NCBI GenBank assembly: GCA_051313645.2
Contig: JBNRSN020000009.1
Span: 160,332,001-160,396,000, forward strand
Source of the DNA: Centroscyllium fabricii
Lineage: Eukaryota
Direction: 5' to 3'
DNA length: 64,000 bases
In this document: one piece after another, positions 11,910-24,151 of the stretch
How positions within the stretch are numbered: position 1 is the first letter of the stretch
Layout: each line of letters starts with the position of its first letter
Position numbers and translations under genes: made by a program
The notes under the pieces: model-generated
What the model was told of the DNA's origin: nothing
What the model saw: the letters and a program-made list of their open reading frames with translations, nothing else
Databases searched by the model: none

Positions 11910-12439
11910 TCACCTGATACAGTGCCCAGCACCATCCTTAAAGGCACAGGCCATCGTATAGCGGGGTGATGCCGAGGTAGAGTCTAGCATCATCAGTACA
12001 TAGGTGTATGTTGTCCATACACCACGGTAATTTGGAACACTAAGATCTGTTGGTGTCAACAGCCTGAGATATCCGCCGCTTAATGTGAACGTGGACCACA
12101 AAGGCAAAGCGTTTGGACAGCCCTGCACCATTTTGTGTTACAGAGCACTGATATCCCCGCACATCAGAGAATGTGAGGTTATTTCTAAAAATCAAGCCAC
12201 ACGATAGTTACATGAAGACAGACTCCATGCATGCAGTTTCGGGACATGACATTCTGTCACTGAAACATCACATCACCATATCGCTGGCAATCTGCCACCA
12301 ATTAGAAGTTGACTGCATGTGGAGTGGGATTAATTTGTAGCTGCCGCAGGCCAACTTTAATCCTGGGATCTGACGTCCTTTCCTGCGGCAATCTCGCACC
12401 CTGCAGTCAGCCAATATCCCTCAATCAACATAGCCAGAA

Positions 12440-12620
12440 AAAATGATCTGGTCATTAGCACATTGTTGTTTGTGGGAGCTTGCTGTGCGCAAATTGGCTG
12501 CCGCGTTTCCTACATTACAACAGTGACTACACTTCGAAAGTACTTCACTGGCTTGGAAAGCGCTTTGGGATATCCGGTGGTCGTGACAGGCGCTAGATAA
12601 ATGCAAGTCTTTCTTTTTTT
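12440..12620 (+). mobile_element. Deu-domain SINE (SacSINE1-like), 3' part
   Basis: 'tgtgggagcttgctgtgcgcaaattggctgccgcgtttcctacattacaacagtgact' motif, repeated many times in the window. Confidence 0.8.
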
Positions 12621-12649
12621 TCCCCGATAAGACCGGTAAGATCAGCACA

Positions 12650-13880
12650 GACAAAAAGAAAACACTGCAGATGCTGGCTATCTGAAATAAAAACAGAAAA
12701 TGCTGGAGATACTCAGCGGGTCAGGCAGCATCTGTGAAGAGAGAAACAGAGTTGACATTTCAGGTCGATGACCTTTCGTCAGAACTGACAGAAGCAGGAA
12801 ATGGAACAGGTTTTTAAGCAAGTGCAGGGGCTGGGAAAGGGGGGAGGGGCTGAAAGAACAAAAGGGAAGGTCTGTGATAGGATAGAAGGCAGGAGAGGTT
12901 AAGAGACATTGAGAGATATTCAAGGCAAAAGGAGGTGGTAATGGGACAGGTTAGAAACAAAGGATGGCTCTAGATGAAGTGTAAATTGCACTGGCAGAAT
13001 GAGAGACAGCTGCCCTGTGGAGGAGAAGAACAGGAGTGTGGATAAAAAATATATATATGTTATGATCTGAAGTTGTTGAACTCTATGTTGAGTCCAGAAG
13101 GCTGTAAAGTGCCTAATCGGAAGATGAGGTGCTGTTCCTCGAGCTTACGCTGAGCTTCAGAGGAACAATGCAAGAGGCCGAGGACGGTGAGGTCTGAGTG
13201 GGGGCGGGGCGCAGAATTAAAGTGACAGGCCACCAGGAGCTCGGGGTCCCCCTTACAGACTGAACGGAGGCGTTCCGCAAAGCGGTCACCCAATCTGCGT
13301 TTGGTCTCCCCCAATGTAGAGGAGGCTGCATCGTGAGCAGCGAATACAGTACAGGTTGCGCACCGTTAATCCGGCACCCGATGGTCCGGCAGCTTCAGTG
13401 GTCCGGCAGCTTCAGTGGTCCGGCCCGAATCCCGCTGGCCGGCCCACGTGATCCCAGGGACGCTCGCGATGCGCGGGCCTCTCCCCGACTGGTCTGCGCA
13501 TGCACAGTGGCCATTTTGAACGGGCTGCGCATGTGTGGTGGCCATTTTGAATCAGCTGCGCATGCGCTGTGGCCATTTTGAATGGTCTGCGCATGCGCGG
13601 TGGCCATTCTGAATGGTCTGCGCATGGGCGGTGGCCATTTTGAATGGTCTGTGCATGGGCGGCGGCCATTTTGAATGGTCTGCGCATGGGTGGCGGCCAT
13701 TTTGAATGGTCTGCGCATGCACTCCCCGAACCTTCAGTGGTTCGGATTTTTCAGTGGTCCGGCACCAGCCTGGTCCCGAGGGTGCCGGATTAACGGTGCA
13801 CAACCTGTACTAGATTGCAAGAAGCACAAATAAATTGCTGTTTCACCTGAAAGGGGTGTATGGGGCCCTGGACAGTGGGA
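12650..13880 (-). mobile_element. Penelope-like element 3' part (GIY-YIG endonuclease end plus pLTR), split by a MITE
   Basis: ORF 13060-13314 (GETKRRLGDRFAE...HFN...EEQHLIFRLGTLQPSGLN) followed by pLTR sequence with a hammerhead-like core at about 12750-12787. Confidence 0.88.
13352..13807. mobile_element. Tigger/pogo-like MITE with an internal 31-bp tandem array
   Basis: TIR CAGGTTGCGCACCGTTAATCCGGCACC; TA TSD; units ggccattttgaatggtctgcgcatgcgcggt at about 13490-13720. Confidence 0.92.
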
Positions 13881-14006
13881 AGATGTGCTGAACCTGCTAA
13901 CCAAATAAAAGAACATTAGCCTTGTGCGGTTAAAGGAATCTGTGCTGTAATATTGAAAATCTTAACATCCTGAGAGTTATGCTTTAGAAATGCAAAAAAT
14001 AAGTCC

Positions 14007-14176
14007 ATTATCCAAAGATGTGTGGGTTAGGTTGATTGGCCAGGATAAATTGACCCTTAGTGTTAGGGGGGATTAAATATGTAGGGGTTACGGGGATAGG
14101 GTGGGATATGTGTCGGTGCAGGTTCGATGGGCCGAAATGGCCTCTATCTGCACTGTAGGGATTCTATGATTCTATG
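14007..14176 (+). mobile_element. V-SINE 3' fragment with an alternative (gattctat)n tail
   Basis: Same body as the other subtype-1 SINEs but ends gatgggccgaaatggcctc...tgtagggattctatgattctatg. Confidence 0.8.
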
Positions 14177-14530
14177 AAGGCTGAGGGGGGACCTGATTGA
14201 GGTGTACAAAATTATGAGGGGCATAGATAGGGTAGATAGAAAGGAACTTTTTCCCTTAGTAGAGGGGTCAATAACAAGGGGGCATAGTTTCAAGGTAAGG
14301 GGCAGGAGGTTTAGAGGGGATTTGAGGAAGAACTTTTTCACCCAGAGGGTGGTTGGAATCTGGAACTCACTGCCTGAAAGGGTGGTAGAGGCAGGAACCC
14401 TCACAACATTCAAGAAGCATTTAGATGAGCACTTGAAACGCCATAGCATACAAGGCTACGGACCAAATGCAGGAAAATGGGATTAGAATAGACAGGGCTT
14501 GATGGCCGGCGCGGACTCTCTGACTCTATG
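14177..14530 (+). mobile_element. CR1 LINE 3' fragment
   Basis: ORF 14202-14486 (YKIMRGIDRVD...FFTQRVVGIWNSLP). Confidence 0.85.
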
Positions 14531-14680
14531 GCTGGTTTGGAAAGGAGAAATATTCACACAGATGCAGTGCCAGGAGGGAGAGCAATGTTCTTCTCAGATT
14601 GAAGCTAAGGCATGTTTGTTGGGATATAATGGGAGATTAGCTCTGTGTCTGCCTGTGTTGTACCTGATCCCACCATGCTT

Positions 14681-15090
14681 CATAGAAACATGGAAACATA
14701 GAAAGATAGGAGCAGGAGTAGGCCATTCGGCCCTTCGAGCCTGCTCCGCCATTCAATGAGATCATGGCTGATCATCCAAACCCAGTACCCTGTCCCTGCC
14801 TTGTCCCCATATCCCTCGATCCCTATCGAGCCTGCACCGACACATATCCCACCCTATCCCCGTAACCGCACATATTCAAACCCCTAACACTAAGGGTCAA
14901 TTTATCATGGCCAATCAACCTAACCCGCACATCTTTGGACTGTGGGAGGAAACCGGAGCACCCGGAGGAAACCCACGCAGACACGGGGAGAATGTGCAAA
15001 CTCCACACAGATAGTACCCGAGGCTGGATTTGAACTCGGGTCCCCAGCGCTGTGAGGCAACAGTGCTAACCACTATGCCACCGTGCCGCC
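14681..15090 (-). mobile_element. V-SINE (HE1-like subtype 1), full length
   Basis: tRNA head, V-domain and CR1-derived tail on the minus strand. Confidence 0.9.
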
Positions 15091-15889
15091 ATGTGACAAG
15101 TGTGGAGAAAGCGTTCAATCCTGAGCACTGATCTCCTTCACAATAATGAGCAGCATATCCGCCCCCACCCCCAGTTAAGATAGAAGAGGTCAGATCTGGC
15201 AACTTTTAATATATCACGCTCGGCCTAACACTTACCAGACAGCTTATAAAATCAAGCTTGCACTGGCACATGGGAAATTCAAGAGCTCCTGTGAAATCAG
15301 TCTCTAATATTTATAATTTGACAAATCTCATGAGTAAATACTGCCCCTATTTTTAATCAATGGCCAATCATTTATCAGATCCCAGGGATCTTCTAAATCC
15401 CATAAAATGAGGGAATCTAGGAACACTGCATTAGGATATCTGGGTTTCTGGAATGTTCTTTAATCTTGGAATGTGAGAGATGTTTTTCCTTGTCAATGTG
15501 TCAGCTGTCAAACGACTACAATCGCAAGGTTAATAATTAAACAGTGTTGCTCCTTTTAGATTTTGATTCAATAGTATTGGTTTCACGTGTGCCTCGCTCA
15601 TAGAACTTGTAAAAATAACAGTGCCAGTGGGGGAAAGGCCCCCAAGAACAACTGTATCTAAACCTGAGATTCTGATCGCCCAACTCATTAACAAACTGCC
15701 AAGTAGCACCATGGGGTGGTAGGACATGACTCTCCTTCTACCCCTGCCCCAGCCCCCAATTCTTCTTCGAGGAGTATCTTACCCTGGCAAAGCTTCCCCC
15801 CCGCCACCACCACCACCACCCCGCCCCCCCCCCCGCCGCAAGGTGCTAATCCCAAGTGAAGGATTATTTTGGGGGGTAATCTTAAAGGA

Positions 15890-16452
15890 TAGAAACATAG
15901 AACCATGAAAGATAGGAGCAGGAGTAGGCCATTCAGCCCTTCGAGGCTGCTCCGCCATTCGATGAGATCATGGCTGATCATCCAAACCCAGTACCCTGTC
16001 CCTGCCTCGTCCCCATATCCCTCAATCCCCATCGAGCCTGCGCCGACACATAGAAACATATGAGATAGGAGCAGGAGTAGGCCATTCGGCCCTTCGAGGC
16101 TGCTCCGCCATTCAATGAGATCATGGCTGATCATCCAAACCCAGTACCCTGTCTCTGCCTCCTCCCCACATCCCTCGATCCCCATCGAGCCTGCACCGAC
16201 ACATATCCCACCCTATCCCTGCAACCCAACATATTCAATCCCCCGAACACTAAGGGTCAATTTATCCTGGCCAATCAACCTAACCCGCACATCTTTGGAC
16301 TGTGGGAGGAAACCAGAGCACCCGGAGGAAACCCACGCAGACACGGGGAGAATGTGCAAACTCCACACAGATAGTACCCGAGGCTGGATTTGAACCCGGG
16401 TCTCCAGAGCTGTGATGCAACAGTGCTAACCACTGTGCCACCGTGCCGCCCA
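15890..16452 (-). mobile_element. V-SINE with a duplicated 3' tail
   Basis: Full copy at 16050-16452 plus a second tail segment at 15890-16049. Confidence 0.88.
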
Positions 16453-16659
16453 TTAAGAGGAGATTTAATCGAGGTTCAAAATCATGAAGGGTTTTGATAG
16501 AGTAAATAAGGAGACACTGTTTCCACTGGCAGGAGGATCGGTAAACAGAGGATGCAGGTTTACAGTAATTAGCAAAAGATGATGACTTTCTTTTTTACAC
16601 AGTGAATTGTGATGATCTGGAATGCGCTGCCTGAAAAGGTGGTAGAAGCAGATTCAATA

Positions 16660-17007
16660 CAGGTTGAGCACCGGTAATCCGGCACCCGATGGTCCGGCAG
16701 CTTCAGTGGTCCGGCACGAATCGAAACCGGCGCTCTTCAGTTTGCGGAGCAGCTGCTCGGCGGCGCCACCATTTCCCACAAAGGGTGAGCGAGCGCCGAA
16801 GGCATCGGGCATTTGGGTTGCTGTTGCTTTAGGTCTCCTAAGTGTTCTGTCCCCGGGCTCCCTCCCGGGGAGTGCTCTACCCGCACGCTCCGGGCCCCGG
16901 GGAGTGTTCTACCCGCGCACTCCCCCCAAACCTTCAGTGGTTCGGAATTTGCAATGGTCCGGCACCGGCCTGGTCCCGAGGGTGCCGGATTACCAGTGCT
17001 CAACCTG
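16660..17007. mobile_element. Tigger/pogo-like MITE
   Basis: TIR CAGGTTGAGCAC.GGTAATCCGGCACC; TA TSD; inside a CR1 3' fragment (about 16455-17160). Confidence 0.92.
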
Positions 17008-17624
17008 TAGTAACATTCAAAAGGGAATTGCATACTTGAATGTTAAAAATTTGCAGGGCTATTGTGAAAGACTAATTGGCGAGCTCTACCAAAGAGCCAA
17101 CATGCACGATGGGCCAAATGGCCTCATCCTGTGTTGTATCATTCTATGATCCTATGATTCAATGATCTGACCCATGCTGGTTTCTCACATCTTCAACTTC
17201 CATTTCAGGTGGGCGTAAAAGCTCCTGTGGCAGTTTTCGAAGAGGAGAACGGATGTCCTCCAAGCCTCCTGACCAACATTCCTTCCTCAAGCAACACCAT
17301 CACAAACAGATGATCTGCTCACTCACTGTTTGTGGGACTTTGCAGTGCACTAATTGGCTGCCCCCTTCCCCTAGATAAAAGTGACTGTACTTCAGAATTA
17401 ATTCCTTGGTATATAAAACGCTTTGGGACATCCTGAGGACATGATATGGTGCAATATAAATGCAAGTTCATCCTTTCTAATTTCTCCGGTAAACCTTTAT
17501 CCCATTACCACCAGCATTCCACTCGGAGATGCTATCACTGCCAGTTAGAACTTGCAGAAAACCATGTGCCGTAACTCACGGTGAAGCGTAAGAGGTTTTG
17601 ACCTTCTCGTTGCAGGTGACTACC

Positions 17625-18035
17625 TACAAATACTGACACACTCTCAGGGAATCCTTCCAAATATTTACACTCCCAGCCACCCTCAACAAATACTGACACA
17701 CTGCCACAGACCCCCTTAAATACTCACACATTTCAACAGACCCCCTTAAATACTGACACACTCCCACAGGACCCCTTAAATGCTGACACACTCCCACAGG
17801 ACCCCTTAAATACTGACACACTGCCACAGACCCCCTTAAATACTCACACATTTCAACAGAGCCCCTACTAATACTGACACTCCCACGGAACCCCTTAAAT
17901 ACTGACGTTCTCACAGAACCCCTTAAATACTGACACACTCCCACAGAACCCCTTAAATGATGACACACTCCCACAGAACCCCTTAAATACTGACACCTCC
18001 CCATGGGCCCCAAACATTGACACCCCTAGGGACCC
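17625..18035. repeat. Minisatellite, about 30-bp unit (cccttaaatactgacacactcccacagaac)
   Basis: About 13 imperfect tandem copies. Confidence 0.9.
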
Positions 18036-18247
18036 CTGTTTTAAGGTCCACAAGACAATGCCAGCTGCCTATTAATGCGTAAACAATTAGGAGACAACAA
18101 CAGAAATCATGTGGCGACAAATCAACAGATCCAGAGAACTATATGATACAGATCTCTTGAGACCTTGTACTTGAGGTGCATGATGTAGCCAGCCTTAGAC
18201 AGGCAGAAATTCTCGGGATTCCCCAAGCAGGCTGGAAACCCCACTAT

Positions 18248-18762
18248 GATGTGTGGGTTAGGTTGATTGGCCATGATAAATTGACCCTTAGTGTTAGGGG
18301 GATTGAATATGCGGGGTTACGGGGATAGGGTGGGATATGTGTCGGTGCAGGCTCGATAGGTGAGATGCCTCAAATCAAAGACGGCAGCGAGTTCTTAAAT
18401 AAGTGGCTTTTATTAACAAGAAACTGAACCGTGTCCCCGATGAGCCTGCCCGGAATGAGAGATAAGTGGGCGGAGCATTCTCCTTTATACTAGTACCCAG
18501 AGGCGGGGTCAGCCGGTACAGGTCCTTACAGAAGGGTACAGATATTAACAGATATATAACAAACACATTAAACAAAACTATATACAATAACCGTACAGTG
18601 TGAACCACACCAAAGGTTCATCACAATAGGGATTGAGGGATATGGGGAGAGGGCAGGGACAGGGTACTGGGTTTGGATGATCAGCCATGATCTTATTGAA
18701 TGGCGGAGCAGGCTCGAAGGGCCAAATGGCCTACTCCTGCTCCTATCTTCTATGTTTCTATG
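18248..18762 (+). mobile_element. 5'-truncated V-SINE interrupted by a solo LTR
   Basis: The SINE body resumes after 18625. Confidence 0.85.
18361..18625 (-). mobile_element. Solo LTR (family L-a)
   Basis: TG...CA ends; 5-bp TSD ATAGG; TATA and AATAAA on the minus strand; near-identical copies at 42770 and 60340. Confidence 0.92.
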
Positions 18763-19865
18763 AAGGACCTAGCAGAGAAAACCAATAGTTACAAGGCTGG
18801 ATAACGAGAGATCTGACAGGCTTAAATGTTATTTTTCTCCCTTTTGCCCTGGCATTACACATTGCAGGTGCTGAAGCATAAAGCCATGGCAACGGCAACG
18901 TGGGCCCATTCCTAGTACGCGGAACTCTGCGTCAAGCGCCAAATCACAGTGACTTCACTGGCACTGGATGCCTCTGGCTGATCCCTTTACCTCAGCAGTA
19001 ATCCGACACTCTCAGAATGCTCTGAAGGCCTCGAGTTACCATCTGAGCAACACCTGGCTCAATTGAAAAAATAAAACAAGTGGATCAATTCCTTCTGTGC
19101 AGATGGTTTGAAACTTAAGTAGCTCGGTGCAAAGCTAATATTTGATACAGAGATAAAAGCTCCCTGGCATCCAACTACCAACCAGTAATCAGTTTAATTT
19201 TTCTCCACAACTGGAATAGATGGGATTTCAAAGCAGCTTTTTTTCCCCCTCATTTAGTGACAACTGCCTCATTGAACAGTGACAATCTCATTTGTAGCAT
19301 CATCCGGCCAGCTGAGCTCCCACTCCTGGCTGTCAGAACACTGGGCTCCGAGGCCTGAAATATTAACTTTGAAGTTGATTTTGAATTTGATGATTACATT
19401 CTGTTGTAATTATGGTGACTCAACACTGGAAGTCTCCTTTTAACACTCCGATTGATCGAGCGTTAATCTCTCTAGTGTAGCACTTAAAAGGCAACAATCT
19501 ACTTGCAATTTTTAAATAAATATGTACTTCATGTTGTAGCTTTGTTGAAATGGTTTTTTTTTAATGTAAAAGCTGGTGTATATGCTTTCAAAGAGTCTGT
19601 TTTGAGCAATTTCGGCCTTTGATTTTAATCCTAAAATTGAAGCCTAACTTGCCGGCCTCTCTATGGACCATACACCACCTATTGATGAGCTTATTGTTCT
19701 TAACCCACTGCCAGCTGTAAAGAAGCAAATTATACAACATCTGAGGTCAAAGCCCCCTGGGGGTAACACGCCACCCTGCTGACTGGAGAAGAATCACTGC
19801 GGTGATATCGTCACTGTTTTAAGAAATTAGAATCTACAACACAGAAAAGGCCATTCGGCACAAAT

Positions 19866-20331
19866 GGGGGGGATTTTCATGTCCCCGTGAGGCGGGGTTT
19901 TCGGAACCGGCGGGTCCCACCTACCCCGCCCCCCCCATTTTGCCCTGTTTCCCGCCCTAACCCCGTCACCTTAAACCCCGCTGGGTGAAACCCAGTGGGA
20001 GCACAGCACTGGTTATAGCTTTCTCCTTCAAGGTGTGAAGGACATGCTGCAAAATGCTTGGCATGCCTCCAGCACCTTAGAGGAGTAAGTAACTCCGCTG
20101 TGGCTGCAGCAGCTGATGTCACAGTGGAGTGTTTCCATGGGAACTGTCAATCAAGCTGCTCGCAGCCCCGATGCAGCCCGACTCGATTGACCTAATTACC
20201 TCCCGCTGCCGCCAGCGCGGATTTAACAACCTAACTAAAATTGCGTGGCCTTCTCAGCTGTTTGGGTGGGCGGGGCCAGAGGCGGCCCAGACCAATCCCC
20301 GCCAGGTTCCCGCCCTTCCGGCAAAATCCCC
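19866..20331. mobile_element. Degenerate GC-rich MITE (GGGGATTTT...AAAATCCCC ends)
   Basis: Short inverted ends; no clean TSD. Confidence 0.5.
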
Positions 20332-20459
20332 GTGGTCTCTGCCGCTGTTTATACTCCACCACGAGCCTTCTCCCACTCTAACTGCCTCTTCTCACCCTGC
20401 CCCCATATCGCTTGCTTCCCTTCTCCCTCATGTATCAAGCCTTCCTTTAAACACATCAA

Positions 20460-20640
20460 GCCCAACATCCCCAGCATCGAAGCTTTGACCATGCTCAATC
20501 GTCCGTATGCCCGATACGAGACTCCTGAAACAAGCGCTCTAATCGGAGCTCCGACATGGCAAGAGAGCCCCAGGTGGGCAGAGGAAATGCTTCAAGGACA
20601 CCCTCAAAGCCGCCTTGAAAAAGTGTAACATCCCCCTCGG
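20460..20640 (+). mobile_element. RTE-clade LINE ORF 3' fragment
   Basis: Translates to MPDTRLLKQAL*SELRHGKRAPGGQRKCFKDTLKAALKKCNIP, typical of an RTE C-terminus. Confidence 0.75.
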
Positions 20641-20939
20641 TTCCGAGGGACTGCCTAAGAAGAAGAAAACACATCAATGCTCTCTGTTTCAACCACTCCA
20701 TGTGGCAACAAGTTCCACATTCTCACCACTCTCTGTGCACAGAAATTCCTCCTAAATTCTTTATTTGATCTGTTGTTAATGGTCTTCTATTTATGCCGAC
20801 CTTCTTGTGGACTCGGCCAGATGCAAAACAAAATATAACAGCGATTTGCAGATTGAATCCATTCGACCTTCACAGTCTGCTGGATTTTCTTTAGATACAC
20901 TCGACGACCTTCCGTAGGCATTTAGAATTGAAATTATTG

Positions 20940-22830
20940 ACCATTGAGTCGAAAAGATTAAGGGGTGATCTGATCGAGGGGGTTAGAAAGTTTAAATGAT
21001 TCGTTAGGGTAGTTACAGAGAAACTATTTCCTCTGGTGAGGGAACCAAGAACAAGGCTAGAGTTTAGAAGAATGAGAGAGGATCTCATTGAAATGTATGA
21101 AATTCTGACAGGGCCAGACAGACTAGATGCAGGGAGGATGTTTCCCCTGACTGGGGGGGGTCTAGAACGAGGGGTCACAGTCTCAGGATACGGGGTAGGA
21201 CATTTAGGACTGAGATGAGGAGAAATTTCTTCACTCAGCGGGTGGTGAACCTGTGGAATTCTCTACCACAGAGGGCTGTGGAGGCCAAGTCACTGAATAT
21301 ATATATATATTTTTTTAATTCATTGATGGGATGTGGGCGTCGCTGGCTGGCTAGGCCTGCATTTAGTGCCCATCCCTAATTGCCCTTGAGAAGATGGTGG
21401 TGAGCCACCTTCTTGAACCGCTGCAGTCCATATGGTGTAGGTACACCCACAATGTTGTTAGGAAGGGAGTTCCAGGATTTTGGCCCAGCGACAGTGAAGG
21501 AGCGGCGATACAGGTCCAAGTCAGGATGGTGTGTGGCTTGGAGGGGAACTTGTAGGTGGTGCTGTTCCCATGCGTCTGCTGCCCTTGTCCTTCTAAGAGG
21601 TAGAGGTCGCGGGTTTGGAAGGTGCTGTTGAAGGAGCTTTGGCGAGTTGCTGCAGTGCATCTTGTAGATGGTACACACTACAGCCACAGTGCGCCGGTGG
21701 TGGAGGGAGTGAATGTTGAAGGTGGTGGATGGAGTGTTGTTGGAGCTGCACTCATCCAGGCAAGTGGAGAGTATTCCATCACACTCCTGACTTGTGCCTT
21801 GTCGATGGTGGAAAGGCTTTGGGGAGTCAGGAGGTGAGACACTCGCCGCAGAATTCCCAGCCTCTGGCCTGCTCTTGTAGCCACAGTATTTATATGGCTG
21901 GTCCAGTTCAGTTTCCGATCAATGGTAACCCCCAGGATGTTGATAGTGGGCGATTCAGCGATGATAATGCCATTGAATGTCAAGGGGAGATGGTTAGAGT
22001 CTCGCTTGTTGGAGATGGTCATTGCCTGGCACTTGTGTGGTGCGAAGGTTACTTGCCACTTGTCAGCCCAAGTCTGAATGTTGTCCAGGTCTTGCTGCAT
22101 ATGGACACGGACTGTGTCAGTATCTGATGAGTCTCGAATGGTGCTGAACAGTGTGCAATCATCAGCGAACATCCCCACTTCTGACCTTATGATGGAGGGA
22201 AGGTCATTGATGAAACAGCTGAAGATGGTTGGGCCTAGGACACTGCCCTGAGGAACTCCTGCAGTGATGTCCTGTGGTTGAGATGAATGACCTCCAACAA
22301 CCACAGCCAACTTCCTTTGTGCTAGGTATGATTCCAACCAATGGAGAGTTTTCCCCTTGATCCCCTTGATATTTAAGGAGATAGATAGATTTCTAGACAC
22401 AAAAGGCATCAAGGGTTTTGGGGAGAGAGCGGGAATATGGTATTGAGATAGAGGATCAGCCATGATCTCATTAAATGGCAGAGCAGGCTCGAAGGGCAGA
22501 CTCCTGCTCGTGCTCCTATTTTTCTGTGTTTCTAAGGAAACTTCCTCTTAAAATTAGAGCTGAGCCATTCAGGAGAGAAATTAGGAAACACTTTTTCACA
22601 CAAAAGTTAATGGAAATTTGGAACACTCTCCCGCAAAAAGCTGTGGAAGCTAGGACAACTGGTGCTTTCAAAACAGAGATCGATAGATTTTTGTTAGGCA
22701 AGGGTATTGAGGGATTATGGAACCAAGGCAGATAATAGGAATTGATATACAGAGCAGACATAATTTAATTGAATGGCGGAACAGGCTCGAGAGGCTGAAT
22801 GGCCTACTCCTGTTCCCATGTTCGTATGAA
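20940..22830 (+). mobile_element. Nested CR1 3' fragments (old: 20940-21058 + 22535-22830; younger: 21059-21305 + 22366-22530)
   Basis: Each pair is collinear across the inserted sequence. Confidence 0.7.
21315..22365 (-). mobile_element. CR1/L2-group LINE (second lineage), RT and 3' end
   Basis: ORF 21678-22463 (GVPQGSVLGPTIFSCFINDL...MFADDC...WQVTFAPHKC). Confidence 0.9.
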
Positions 22831-23336
22831 TGGCAGCATGGTGTGTACCACTAACGCGAGTGTTCGTGATGTTGCTGGACAGGCTGCCAATATCACGTGC
22901 AGAACGGGCCTATTTTCAAACCACAGCCACTGGCACAGAAGACACAGCTTCCCTTTCTCTGCATAACCCCATCTGCTCCCTTGACGCTCTCTGCATTCAC
23001 CATCAATCATGTCAAGCCCATCAAGGCCGACACTGCAGTCTTGGCCTCAGTATGTGCGCATGCAGCAACAGTCGCGTGAGCCAGAAATCTCTTAGGGGTA
23101 GGAGGAGAGAGAAAAAAAAAGATTGCTTTTTTGGCTTTGTTAACACTTTAACCTTGTTGAACTGAAGCAAAAATAAGTCTAGTCTTCCTGCTGGAGATGG
23201 GCACCTTGGCTCTACTTACAGATATAGGATGCTGGCTCAGGGAAAATCATTGAATAATACAGCACAGAATGAGACTATTCAGCCCATCAAGTCTGTGCTG
23301 GTTCTTTGAAAGACCAAGCCAGTTATAGAGTCATAT

Positions 23337-23690
23337 GGGCGCGAAATTTGGGCTCTAGCGCCAGCCCGTGGGTGCCACAGAGTTAGCGCTAAGAATAGCG
23401 CCCAGCGCTAAATTCAGCTGGGCACTAAGTTGGGGGCTAACTGGTAGCGCCCCAATGAATTTAGCGGCCAGCTGGACGTCGTGAATGATGTCATCAGGCC
23501 ACGCAGCGCCTGGGAGGCGCCCACGGCTGAAATTGGGCAGCGCCTGCCGTCTTATCGCTGGGCTACACTTCAGGTATAAAAATAGGGATTAGGCAAAAAA
23601 CTGCCTGTTAACTACCTGTTGGAGGCGAGTTGGGGGCGGGATGGGTTTGTGCCTCCCTGATTTCGCGACTTTAACCCCCCACACGCCTCC
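23337..23690. mobile_element. GC-rich MITE end (same family as 25024-25558)
   Basis: gggcgcgaaattt...gctctagcgc...agagttagcgctaagaatagcgcccagcgctaaattcagctg is the reverse complement of 25450-25558. Confidence 0.65.
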
Positions 23691-23753
23691 AATCCCGCCT
23701 CAACGGCCCAATGAGTCTCATTATACCATATTGACATTTTACTCCATCGATTA

Positions 23754-24151
23754 GGGCGGCACGGTGGCACAGTGGTTAGCACTGTTGCCTCACAGCTCTG
23801 GTGACCCGGGTTCAAATCCAGCCTCGGGTACTATCTGTGTGGAGTTTGCACATTCTCCCCGTGTCTGCGTGGGTTTCCTCCGGGTGCTCCAGTTTCCTCC
23901 CACAGTCCAAAGATGTGCGGGTTAGGTTGATTGGCCAGGATAAATTGACCCTTAGTGTTAGGGGGATTGAATATGTGGGGTTACGGGGATTGGGTGGGAT
24001 ATGTGTCGGTGCAGGCTCGATAGGGATGTGGGGACAAGGCAGGGACAGGGCACTGGGTTTGGATGATCAGCCATGATCTCATTGAATGGCGGAGCAGGCT
24101 CGAAGGGCCGAATGGCCTACTCCTGCTCCTAGTTTCTATGTTTCTATGTTT
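23754..24151 (+). mobile_element. V-SINE, full length, flanked by a 63-bp direct repeat
   Basis: Complete head, body and tail; 23690-23752 is repeated at 24152-24214. Confidence 0.92.
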
